64,000 bases of DNA from Desulfosudaceae bacterium (GTDB lineage Bacteria > Desulfobacterota > Desulfobacteria > Desulfobacterales > Desulfosudaceae), in the NCBI GenBank assembly GCA_963674745.2, contig CAXXDV010000003.1:1056001-1120000 (forward strand), in the 5' to 3' direction. Under the pieces are notes generated by a model. That model did no database searches and had not been told where the DNA came from. It was given only the letters and a program-made list of their open reading frames with translations. Shown here one piece after another: positions 1 through 9,175 of the stretch (its first letter is position 1; every line of letters starts with the position of its first letter). The position numbers and the translations under genes are program-made.

Positions 1-2
1 TT

Positions 3-983
3 GATGCGCAGAAACGGCGCGCCACCGCCTGCAATCATTCGGCCACGCATTTACTGCACGCGGCCTTGCGCCAGGTGGTGGGAGACCATGTCAAGCAGGC
101 CGGGTCAATGGTTTCACCCGATCGGCTGCGGTTTGACTTTACCCATTTTGCCATGGTTGATGCCGAAGCCCTGGAAAAAATCGAGGCTTTTGTCAACGCC
201 CGGATATGCGAAAACTACCCCATTTCCATAACCGAAATGGCCATTGAAAAAGCGCTGGAAGAGGGCGCAACAGCCCTGTTTGAAGAAAAATACGGTGATA
301 CGGTGCGGGTCATTGCCATGGGCGATGTCAGCCGGGAGCTGTGCGGCGGAACCCATACGCGCCGGACAGGGGATATCGGTTTATTCAAGATACTGTCCGA
401 AGCCAGTGTTGCCTCCGGTGTCAGGCGGATCGAGGCCTTAACCGGAGCAGCCGCCCTGGCATACGTTCAGGAGAATATGCGGGTTTTAAATGATATCAGC
501 GGGCTGATGAAAGAGACACCGCTTGCCCTGGTGCCGCGTATTCAGAAAATCATGAAGGATATCAAGTCCCTGGAGAAAGAAAAGGAAGCCCTCAAAAACA
601 AACTGGCGGCCGCTTCGGTGTCCGGCGGAGGCGGCGGGGGGGGGACGGATCATACCGAGATCAACGGGGTCAAGGTGATTTCCCGGGTGGTGGAGGCGGA
701 TAACCCGGGCGCTTTGAGAACGCTGGCGGATCAGCTCAAAGACAAGCTTAAATCAGGTATTATTGTTCTGGGAGCCGCAGTGGATGCCAAGGCTTTTTTG
801 ATCGTTGTTGTCACAAAAGATCTGACCGGTCGTTTCAAAGCCGGGGATATTATCAAAGCAGCGGCAGCCGAAGTCGGAGGGGGCGGCGGTGGCCGGCCGG
901 ACATGGCCCAGGCCGGCGGGTCCAACCCCGAAAAGCTGTCTGAAGCCATTGCCAAAGCAATTGAAATCATAGAAAACAATTAA
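3..983 (+). CDS. alaS: Alanine--tRNA ligase, C-terminal part (5' truncated by window edge)
   Basis: Frame open from nt 3: NHSATHLLH, RLRFDFTH, ELCGGTH editing motif, GVRRIEA, GGGGGRPDMAQAGG (DHHA1/C-Ala). Confidence 0.97.
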   Translation, partial: DAQKRRATACNHSATHLLHAALRQVVGDHVKQAGSMVSPDRLRFDFTHFAMVDAEALEKIEAFVNARICENYPISITEMAIEKALEEGATALFEEKYGDTVRVIAMGDVSRELCGGTHTRRTGDIGLFKILSEASVASGVRRIEALTGAAALAYVQENMRVLNDISGLMKETPLALVPRIQKIMKDIKSLEKEKEALKNKLAAASVSGGGGGGGTDHTEINGVKVISRVVEADNPGALRTLADQLKDKLKSGIIVLGAAVDAKAFLIVVVTKDLTGRFKAGDIIKAAAAEVGGGGGGRPDMAQAGGSNPEKLSEAIAKAIEIIENN

Positions 984-1014
984 TTCTGAACGACATATCC
1001 CGTTTCTTTTTTGC

Positions 1015-1061
1015 TTGACAGAAAAGCGATTTTAATGGTTTAGTGAATGAGCACTCATTCA
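1015..1061 (+). promoter_or_regulatory. Sigma70 promoter with overlapping FadR(YsiA)-type operator
   Basis: TTGACA 1015-1020; extended -10 TGgTTTAGT 1036-1044; palindrome TGAATGAG-CA-CTCATTCA 1044-1061, resembling the Bacillus FadR box TGAATGANTANTCATTCA. Confidence 0.8.
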
Positions 1062-1084
1062 TTTTTATTTGTCATGGAAGGACA

Positions 1085-1693
1085 ATGAGCGAACAGAATA
1101 AAAACACACTAAATCCGGACAAATATTCCCTGATCCTGGAAGCGGCCATCAGTGTTATTGCCGAGGAGGGCTTTTTTAACTCCACGGTTTCCAAAATCGC
1201 CAAAGCCGCCGGCGTGGCCGATGGTACCATTTATCTCTATTTTAAAAATAAAAACGATATCCTGCTTCATTTTTTCAATTACAAGACCCGCCAGGTATTT
1301 GACGAGTTCCGCAAGGCAGTTGATAAGGGGCAGGATGCCAGAAGCAAATTAAACAATCTTATCCGGGCCCATATACGGGAATTTAAAAAAGACAAAAACA
1401 TGGCCGTCGTTTTTCAGGCCGAGGCCCGTCAGATAAGATATTTTGAGTTGTATATCAAGGATATTACCCATATGTATTTCGACCTGGTCGGGGAAATCGT
1501 TTTACAGGGACAGGAAGAGGGTATATTCAGAAAAGATATGGAGTTGAGCCTGGTCAAGCGGTTTATCCTCGGGGCAGTGGACGAGGTGATCAATACCTGG
1601 CTGCATGCCGGGGATACGTTTGACATTGAAGCCCAGGCGGAAGGACTGGTGGAATTATTCCTTCACGGCATCGGCGGCCGGAAGGAAAGCTGA
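1085..1693 (+). CDS. fadR: TetR-family fatty-acid degradation regulator (FadR/YsiA-like)
   Basis: HTH IAKAAGVADGTIYLYFKNK. ATG 1085 follows GGAAGGA; the ORF-track start at 1043 lies in the operator. Confidence 0.85.
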   Translation: MSEQNKNTLNPDKYSLILEAAISVIAEEGFFNSTVSKIAKAAGVADGTIYLYFKNKNDILLHFFNYKTRQVFDEFRKAVDKGQDARSKLNNLIRAHIREFKKDKNMAVVFQAEARQIRYFELYIKDITHMYFDLVGEIVLQGQEEGIFRKDMELSLVKRFILGAVDEVINTWLHAGDTFDIEAQAEGLVELFLHGIGGRKES

Positions 1694-1802
1694 TAGACAT
1701 GTAATCAACAAGCGAGGAAAACTTACAACAAGTTATAATTTGGATGGCAAAGTAAAAAGTTCATTGAATTTTTTACAAAACCAGCAATCAAGGAGAAGGA
1801 CT

Positions 1803-3608
1803 ATGGCACAAAATGTAGCGGATAGAAGAGATGTCGATTTTGTTCTGCATGAACAGTTTCATGCGGAAGAATTGAGCAAAAACGAGCTGTTTGCCGATTT
1901 CAACCGGAAGACGATCGACATGATCGTCAACGAGGCGCGCGGTCTGGCCCTGAAGGAACTGTGGCCCATCAACAAGGAAGGTGATGAAATCGGCGTTACG
2001 TTTGACGGCGGCAAGGTCAGCGTTCCCGAATCGTTTCATCGGGCCTACAAACTGCTGATGGAAGGTGAGTGGATCGCCATGGCCGAAGACCTGGAAGTCG
2101 GCGGGCAGGGCATGCCGAATCTGGTCGAACGGGCGGCCAGCGACTATCTGCTGGGTGCCAACTTTGCATTCATGCTGTATGCAGGCCTTACCCACGGCGC
2201 CGGCAAACTGGTTGAAGCTTTTGGCTCGCCGGAACAGAAGGCCATGTATTTGAAAAAGCTTTTTTCCGGTGAGTGGTCCGGCACCATGCTGCTGACCGAG
2301 CCGGAAGCCGGTTCGGATGTAGGCGCCCTGACCACCTCGGCGGTCAAGAATGATGACGGCACTTACTCTATCACCGGTTCCAAGATATTTATTTCCGGCG
2401 GCGAACACGATATGACCGAAAACATTATCCATCCCGTTCTGGCCCGTATCGAAGGTGCACCTGCCGGAACCAGGGGTATTTCCCTGTTTCTGGTACCCAA
2501 GTACCGTGTCAATCCCGACGGCAGCCTGGGCAAGTTCAACGATGTGGTCTGCACCGGCATTGAAGAGAAGATGGGGATTCACGGCAGCGCCACCTGCTCA
2601 TTGACACTGGGCAGTAAGGGAGAATGTATCGGTGAGCTCATCGGCGAAGAAAACAAGGGCATGATGGAGATGTTCCTGATGATGAATGATGCCCGCCTGC
2701 TGGTGGGATTCCAGGGTTTTGCGTGTGCCACGGCCTCTTACCTGGAAGCGCTGAATTACGCCCGCACCCGGGTTCAGGGCAGACCCCTAACGGCGGGTAA
2801 GGACGCTTCCATCGGCGGTGTTCCCATTATTCAGCATCCGGATGTGCGGCGCCAGTTGATGAACATGAAGGTGTTCGTGGAAGGGCTGCGCAGCCTGATT
2901 TATTATGTCGGTTACTGTATGGACATGGCCAAGATTGCTGATTCCGATGAGGAAAAAGAGAAATACGCCGGCCTGGTTGAAATTCTGACCCCTATTGTCA
3001 AAGGTTACGGCACGGATCGGGCCTTTGACGTCTGCAGCCACGGTGTCCAGGTTTTCGGCGGGTACGGATATACCAAGGAATACCCGGCCGAGCAATACAT
3101 GCGCGACTGCCGTATTACCATGATTTACGAGGGCACCAACGGTATTCAGGCCATGGACCTGTTGGGCCGGAAAATGACCATGAAAAAAGGTAAACTGGTG
3201 ACGGACCTGTTCGGTGAAATCCAGAAAACCATTGCCGAAGCCGGTCAGATTGATACCCTGAAAACCCCGGCCGATAAAGTCACCGAGGCTATGACCAAAC
3301 TGGGTGAAGCCGGCAGCCACCTGGGCAAAACGGCGATGCAGAATGTCGAACAGGCGTTTTTGTACGCCCACCCCCTCCAGGATGTGTGCGGTGACGTTAT
3401 CATGGCCTGGATGCTGCTCTGGCGTGCCTGTGTTGCGGCCAAAGCCCTGGAGAAAAACCCCAAGGACGCCGCTTTCTACGAAGGCCAGATCAAGTCGTTG
3501 ACCTTTTTTGTGAACACGGTTCTGCCGGCGACCCTGGGTAAAGTAAATGCCATTATGGCGACGGATACGTCTGCCATTGACATCGCCGATGCCTCTTTCG
3601 GCGGATAA
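1803..3608 (+). CDS. Acyl-CoA dehydrogenase (long, about 600-aa type)
   Basis: TMLLTEPEAGSDVG, GSKIFISGG, EEKMGIHGSAT, QVFGGYGY, IYEGTNGIQAMDL; RBS AGGAG before ATG 1803. Confidence 0.95.
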   Translation: MAQNVADRRDVDFVLHEQFHAEELSKNELFADFNRKTIDMIVNEARGLALKELWPINKEGDEIGVTFDGGKVSVPESFHRAYKLLMEGEWIAMAEDLEVGGQGMPNLVERAASDYLLGANFAFMLYAGLTHGAGKLVEAFGSPEQKAMYLKKLFSGEWSGTMLLTEPEAGSDVGALTTSAVKNDDGTYSITGSKIFISGGEHDMTENIIHPVLARIEGAPAGTRGISLFLVPKYRVNPDGSLGKFNDVVCTGIEEKMGIHGSATCSLTLGSKGECIGELIGEENKGMMEMFLMMNDARLLVGFQGFACATASYLEALNYARTRVQGRPLTAGKDASIGGVPIIQHPDVRRQLMNMKVFVEGLRSLIYYVGYCMDMAKIADSDEEKEKYAGLVEILTPIVKGYGTDRAFDVCSHGVQVFGGYGYTKEYPAEQYMRDCRITMIYEGTNGIQAMDLLGRKMTMKKGKLVTDLFGEIQKTIAEAGQIDTLKTPADKVTEAMTKLGEAGSHLGKTAMQNVEQAFLYAHPLQDVCGDVIMAWMLLWRACVAAKALEKNPKDAAFYEGQIKSLTFFVNTVLPATLGKVNAIMATDTSAIDIADASFGG

Positions 3609-3623
3609 ATCAAAGCAAAGCAA

Positions 3624-3666
3624 AACAACAAAAGCCCGGCCCTGATACGGCCGGGCTTTTGTTGTT
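3624..3666. terminator. Bidirectional intrinsic terminator
   Basis: AACAACAAAAGCCCGGCC-loop-GGCCGGGCTTTTGTTGTT between convergent genes. Confidence 0.85.
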
Positions 3667-3679
3667 ATCCGGTACCGGT

Positions 3680-5428
3680 TTATTTTATTGTTTGCCCGCT
3701 CTGCCGGCCTTGTGAGCTTCCCGATTGTGGATTATCAGTATTTTCGGCCGCTTTATGCCGGATCATTTCTATATCGTATTTTAAGTCGGTGTTTTCCGGT
3801 TTCAGCTTTTCCGCCTTGTTGAGGAAAGTGAGTGAACGGTTATACTGCCCCTTTTGGGCGAAATGCAGGCCAAGCTTATAATAGGGGAGCGCCCGGTCCG
3901 GGATTTTCTGGGTCAGTTCATACCAGATAGCGGCCGCCTGCTCTGCGTTTCTCATCAGTTGAAGCGAATCGGCCAGATTCATGGAGACGATGTAACGCAC
4001 GTCCGGATCGGTCTTTTCATCCATGGCGGAATAAATGCGTTTAAAATCGGCTGCGGCCGGGCCATACTGGCCATTGATTTTATAATGAATGCCCCGGTTG
4101 TAAGTCGCTATCGGCATGAATTTCTTTTGGTAAGACATCCGTATGGATTTTGCGTTGAACCCGATAACCAGACAAATAAAGACAGCGGCCAGAGCGGTTC
4201 TGCCCGTCCAGTTCAATTTGTAAAATGTTCCGGGCAGCCGCCACAGGGTAAATGCGCTGATAACGCAGAACAGGGGTATCAAGGGCAGCCGGAAACGTGA
4301 CAGCACGTAAAAGGCAATGACGGAAAATACGCCGGTGATAAAATAAAGTGCCAGCAACAGGCGGCCCTTTTCCCGCCGTTTTAAAAAAAGCAAGACCAGT
4401 CCAAGGATCGCCAGAGGTGAAAGGATACCCAGGGAAACGTAAGGTAGCCGCAGCAACGGAACGACTTCACGGTATGCATAGAAATCGACAAACTGGGAGA
4501 ATTCATAGTTGAAAAAGAAGGCATACAGTTTGGAAAACTGCAAATGGATCCAGTTCATGCCATGACTGCTGATGTCCTCGAGCAGAAACAGCATAAAACG
4601 CCATGAACTGCCGCCATATGTCTTCAACAGGGGGTACCAGCTGTCCTGTTCCCACCAGCCGACGCCACAGGCTTGATGAAAATGGCTGTTTAACAGAACC
4701 AGGCGTCCCTGGGTAGTGATGCTCAACAGCCCGGTGCCGGCAAGTAAATTGCGTAAGACGATCAATCCGTATACCGAAACAAAAGGCAGCACAAAACGAA
4801 GCATTCGCCGCCGATCCGTTCTGTTTAATGCCAGAAACACCAGGCCGGCCATGAACAGGAAGATATTGTTGGGGCGGCATATAAAAGCCCAGCCGTAAAA
4901 TATTCCGGACAGTATCAGGCACGGTGATGACCTGTCATAAACGGCCCGGATCAGGCAGTAAAACGCGGCCGTCAGCAGGAATGTTACCAGGGAGGCCATC
5001 AGCAACGCGCCTTCATAACAAAGCGCCGGAAGATAAAGCGCGTAGAGGAGGCTGGCCGTGAGGGCTTCTTTGTCTGTGAATAAGCGCCGGGTCAGTAAAA
5101 AAATCAGCAGCCCGGTAATGATCCCCAGTCCCCACTGAATCACTCGTGCCGCCAGGGGGGTCTTGCCGAACAGTTGATAAACAGCTCCCAGGAAATACAG
5201 ATAGCCGGGGCCCCGGGTAATGGGGCCTTTTTGACCGATGATATAACCGTCGGCGATGGCGACAGCTGTTTTGTGATAATAATCCTGGTCATCTGGAAAG
5301 ATAAACCGGTTGAATCCGGGGTAATCGGCAATTTGAAGGGAATAACCGGCTCTCAGCACCGTCATCAGCAGCAGGATCAGGAGCAGGGCGATGGGGACGA
5401 ATTTTTTATAATCAATCTGCATTATCAC
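3680..5428 (-). CDS. GT-C membrane glycosyltransferase (ArnT/PMT-like) with C-terminal TPRs
   Basis: Many TM segments, DD..YY loop, PGYLYFL, RPN, RFRLP motifs; TPR-like helices (YYKLGLHFAQKGQY). Confidence 0.8.
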   Translation of the reverse strand: MIMQIDYKKFVPIALLLILLLMTVLRAGYSLQIADYPGFNRFIFPDDQDYYHKTAVAIADGYIIGQKGPITRGPGYLYFLGAVYQLFGKTPLAARVIQWGLGIITGLLIFLLTRRLFTDKEALTASLLYALYLPALCYEGALLMASLVTFLLTAAFYCLIRAVYDRSSPCLILSGIFYGWAFICRPNNIFLFMAGLVFLALNRTDRRRMLRFVLPFVSVYGLIVLRNLLAGTGLLSITTQGRLVLLNSHFHQACGVGWWEQDSWYPLLKTYGGSSWRFMLFLLEDISSHGMNWIHLQFSKLYAFFFNYEFSQFVDFYAYREVVPLLRLPYVSLGILSPLAILGLVLLFLKRREKGRLLLALYFITGVFSVIAFYVLSRFRLPLIPLFCVISAFTLWRLPGTFYKLNWTGRTALAAVFICLVIGFNAKSIRMSYQKKFMPIATYNRGIHYKINGQYGPAAADFKRIYSAMDEKTDPDVRYIVSMNLADSLQLMRNAEQAAAIWYELTQKIPDRALPYYKLGLHFAQKGQYNRSLTFLNKAEKLKPENTDLKYDIEMIRHKAAENTDNPQSGSSQGRQSGQTIK

Positions 5429-5684
5429 CGGACGAGGGCTTAATGTTATTACCTATAAAAATACAACCATACCATAAAACATGACAGCAGGTAAAGCCGG
5501 CCGGCCCGGGTTGAGGGCGTTGGTTTTATTTGTTCTTTTCTTCAGGTTGGCGTTGACGGCTAACGGTTTACGCTCTTTTGAGCCGACGACTTATGCATTG
5601 ACATCAGCCGCCTTCGTGGCATAGGGTTTATATATCCTTTTACCCAAATATTACCATAAACCACATAACGATTGGATCGGTCGA

Positions 5685-6617
5685 ATGAGCGGAATCGGTG
5701 TAATATTTAATCCCTATGCCGGCAAGAACCGGAGAAATCCCTGTCTGGAAGAGGACCTGAAAAGGATTGTCGGTGACAACGGCCTTTTTGTCCGGACAGA
5801 CGATAAAGCGGCCCTGGTTTCAGCGGCGCAGGACTTTTTAAAAGCGGATATCGAAGTGATGGCCGTCAGCGGCGGCGACGGCACCCTTCATCAGGCCCTT
5901 TCCACCATGGCTGAAATCTATGGCGATCACCCATTGCCCATGCTGGCTTCCCTGCGATGCGGCACCATGAATACGGTTTCCAATTCCGTTAAAATCAAGG
6001 GGCAATCAACCGAGATCCTGGCCCATGTCGTCAAAAACCTTGCGGCCGGGAAAAGCTTTGAAACCTTTGACCAGCATACCATGAACATCAATGACCGGTT
6101 CGGATTCCTGACCGGTGCCGGCGTGGTGGCCGGTTTTCTCCAGATCTATTATTCAGCGCCCAAGCCCGGGCCGGTTCACGCCGCGGGCATGGTGGCGCAG
6201 ATGATTTTCAGCGCCGTTTTCCGGACCGGTTATAACGGCCGCATATTTCATCCCATGAAATGCCGGATGACGGTCGACGGCCGGGAAATTCCGCACAACG
6301 AATACCTGTTTGTCCTGGCCTGTACGGTCAGGGAACTGGGCCTGGGCTTTACGCCTACCCCCCGGGCTTATGAAAAACCCGGGCACTTTCATCTGTTTGC
6401 CGGTTCCATGACACCGGCCAGCATCGTGCCCAAAGTACCGGCCCTGTGGCTGGGCCGGGATATCGTCCATCCTGACCTGTATTTCAACGGCATTGCGGCC
6501 GAGATGGTGCTGGAGCCCGAAGAGGAGGTTCCCTGGATGATTGACGGTGACGTCTATACCACCGATCAGCCGCTGCGGTTTACCGTGGGGCCGACCATCA
6601 AGCTGATCGTTTCCTGA
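5685..6617 (+). CDS. Diacylglycerol/sphingosine kinase-family lipid kinase
   Basis: NPYAGK, SGGDGT, GTMN, IDGD motifs. Confidence 0.85.
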   Translation: MSGIGVIFNPYAGKNRRNPCLEEDLKRIVGDNGLFVRTDDKAALVSAAQDFLKADIEVMAVSGGDGTLHQALSTMAEIYGDHPLPMLASLRCGTMNTVSNSVKIKGQSTEILAHVVKNLAAGKSFETFDQHTMNINDRFGFLTGAGVVAGFLQIYYSAPKPGPVHAAGMVAQMIFSAVFRTGYNGRIFHPMKCRMTVDGREIPHNEYLFVLACTVRELGLGFTPTPRAYEKPGHFHLFAGSMTPASIVPKVPALWLGRDIVHPDLYFNGIAAEMVLEPEEEVPWMIDGDVYTTDQPLRFTVGPTIKLIVS

Positions 6618-6622
6618 CCACG

Positions 6623-6800
6623 GATGGCTTCGTAAAAAGTCCAATATCTTTGTTGCGCTGCATCCTTCGGAATTTCACGTACTTCTATGTACGCTGCATT
6701 CCTCAGGATTTGCGCGCCTTGATCTTGAACTTTTTACTTTGCCATCCCAACTTCGACTTTTTTACGCGTGCATCATTATTGATGGCTTCGTAAAAAATCC
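6623..6800. repeat. Short inverted-repeat (MITE-like) element with GATGGCTTCGTAAAAAG ends
   Basis: GATGGCTTCGTAAAAAGT at 6623 and 6781; inverted ACTTTTTAC..CATC copies ending 6746 and 6774. Related ends at 1743-1785 and 16716-16735. Confidence 0.65.
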
Positions 6801-7012
6801 AATTGCGGCTGAGCGGCCGAGGGCCATGCGGATATTCCTTTAACGGGTGCCACGGGCCAACCGAAGGTTGCCCGTGTGTTAGGGCGACCCGCCGGCCCCC
6901 CCTACGCCCGTGCTATCCGCGCAGGGCGGAACTCCCTTTTTTCGTCATCCCGGCCAGTGGAGCGAAGCGGAACGTGAGCCGGGATCTAGTATAAAATTGA
7001 GCTGATTCCTTT

Positions 7013-7906
7013 TTAAGGGTTGTTGCAGGTCAGACTCCTGCTCGTCGAATTGTTGTTATCGTTTACTTCTGCCACAGCACTGTTGGCGTCGACCCATACC
7101 CGGATGGGGTGAACAATATTGTATCCCAGAACCGTTCCCGGAAACCCGGCGCCGATCGGGCACCAGGTGCAGCTCACCGTTGTTCCCGGGGCCTTCAGTG
7201 TTCCGCCCGGATCAAACGCGCTCAGTGCCATGCTGCTGTGAAGGTTATTACCATAATACATATTCAGGATTGACGCATTTGTCCCATAGGCCGCGTCCGG
7301 GACACCGCCGGTGCCGATGTTGCTGACCGTGACTTCTATCGGGCAGCCGGCAACCTGGGTCCCCTCGATGACCTTGATGTCGCTGACGATCAGGTCCGGC
7401 ATCGCTCCCTGGCAGGTCAGGTTTCTGGTCATGGAATTGTTGCTTTCGTTGGCCTCTGCCACGGCATTGCCGGTATCGACCTCAACCCGGATGACATGCG
7501 TTCCCGGATTCAGGTTCAGGCCCGGTGACCCCTGAAACCAGACTTTGCTGACCGACGTTCCGGGGGCCTTTAACTGGCCGCCCGGATCAAACACGCTCAA
7601 TACCATGCCGCCATGGGGCTGGTTCCCCTGATACATCTGGATTGCGCAAAGGTTCCCGGTATAAACCGGGTTGGGAACACCGGCCGTACCGACGTTTTGA
7701 ATGGTAACCCTGATCCAGCAGTCCTGAATCAAATCGATATTACTGACGACCAGATCCGGCTTGAGCGATTTTCTGAGCGGTTTTTTTATCGGCGGCTTCC
7801 TGATGGAGCTATCCGGGTGAAACCGCGTTTGAGCGAACAGCAGACCCGTTGACAATATACTGATAAAAATAAAAAGTGCTCCCGTCATGATGGCTGTTTT
7901 TTTCAT
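7013..7906 (-). CDS. Secreted protein with two CARDB (Ig-like) domains
   Basis: Signal peptide; two repeats PDL(V/I)VS.I...NxG...VD..N.V.E.N..NN. Confidence 0.85.
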   Translation of the reverse strand: MKKTAIMTGALFIFISILSTGLLFAQTRFHPDSSIRKPPIKKPLRKSLKPDLVVSNIDLIQDCWIRVTIQNVGTAGVPNPVYTGNLCAIQMYQGNQPHGGMVLSVFDPGGQLKAPGTSVSKVWFQGSPGLNLNPGTHVIRVEVDTGNAVAEANESNNSMTRNLTCQGAMPDLIVSDIKVIEGTQVAGCPIEVTVSNIGTGGVPDAAYGTNASILNMYYGNNLHSSMALSAFDPGGTLKAPGTTVSCTWCPIGAGFPGTVLGYNIVHPIRVWVDANSAVAEVNDNNNSTSRSLTCNNP

Positions 7907-8131
7907 CTTTTCCCCCCTTTGTTTTTGATGAGACTATATCACAGCATAGAAATTTTTTTTGAAATCTTAATTGCTTTAATTCAATCCAGATAGGTTTTAG
8001 GTTTTAAAGTTTTAGGGTTTTCTTGCAGGTGGTTCCCGGATAATTGTCCTCTCTGCAAAAAAGCGAACGGGTCGTTTGATCATATTCATGAACACCATCC
8101 CCGGCCCGGGTTACCCGTTTTGCCCCGACCC

Positions 8132-8300
8132 GTAGGGGCAACCCCCCGTGGTTGCCCTTCATCAGGGCAGGCACGGGGGCCTGCCCCTACATTATTCATG
8201 AACGCCATCCACGGCCCAGGTTACCCTTTTGACCTCGGTCCGTAGGGGCAACCCCCCGTGGTTGCCCTTCATCAGGGCAGGCACGGGGGCCTGCCCCTAC
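8132..8300. repeat. Two 59-bp REP doublets (REPINs) downstream of RAYT
   Basis: GTAGGGGCAACCCCCCGTGGTTGCCC-ttcatca-GGGCAGGCACGGGGGCCTGCCCCTAC at 8132-8190 and 8242-8300. Confidence 0.92.
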
Positions 8301-8301
8301 A

Positions 8302-8871
8302 TTAAAAGCCTCTGTCCCTGCAATAATAATTGTCCGGGTTTTCCCGATCCAGATCCCATTTTCGGGCATTATTGATGATGTATTCCCTGGCCAGATTCAA
8401 TTCAGTCTCATCACGGATAATATGTTCATAATAATTACGTTGCCACAATCTGCCGGAAAACCTTGTCCAACCCCTTTGTTTAACTCCATCAACATATTGT
8501 TTCGTGGTTATGGTTTTAAAACGATGAACAACATCCGGTAACGATAATGTAGGGGCAACCCCCCGTGGTTGCCCTTCACCAGGGCAGGCACGGGGGCCTG
8601 CCCCTACAATAATTATAATGCCGTGAATATGATTTGGCATGATGGCAAATTTATCGATTTTTATACCGCTATAATATTCGGGTATTGCGCCCCAGACCAT
8701 TTGAATCATCAGGCCGATACCATTCAAAAACATGTTGCCGTCAACAATTTTTCCAAACAGGCATTTCCGGTTTTTCGTACATACCGTTACAAAATATGCA
8801 CCGGATTGTGAATAATCATATTTTTTTAAACGAATCGACCGCCGACGATGAGTAACGGGATTAAACACCAT
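8302..8871 (-). mobile_element. REP-associated tyrosine transposase (RAYT, IS200-like HUH Y1)
   Basis: RRSIRLKKYDYSQSGAYFVTVCT, HUH motif MPNHIHGI, WQRNYYEHIIR, EYIINN; flanked by REP doublets with one inside the gene. Confidence 0.92.
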
Positions 8872-8946
8872 ATTTCGTCCTCCCTGACGTGTGTGTGTTT
8901 GTTGCGCAGGAGCCTCTCGAGTGGCTCTCCGTTTATATTTTGACCC

Positions 8947-9173
8947 GTAGGGGCAACCCCCCGTGGTTGCCCTTCATCAGGGCAGGCACGGGGGCCTGCC
9001 CCTACAACATTTGCAAACGGCCTGCAACACATCGAATCTGAAACCCCGATATTCCCCCCCGCAAAGCGGGCCGAATCCAGTCTCACCCCCCGTCCCCTTA
9101 AACACATAATCACCTAAACACATAACCACATCCCTAAATCCCTAAAACCCTAACACTCTAAAACTTTAAAACC
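8947..9173. repeat. REP doublet, minihairpin and 8-mer tract upstream of RAYT
   Basis: REPIN 8947-9005; CCCGCAAAGCGGG 9058-9070; TAAxCACx/TAAAACCC 8-mers 9099-9173. Confidence 0.85.
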
Positions 9174-9175
9174 GT

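Noticed and set aside
624..644. G9 tract and poly-Gly in alaS as a phase-variation switch
   Set aside because: In frame, in the variable linker before C-Ala of an essential gene; a frameshift switch is unlikely.
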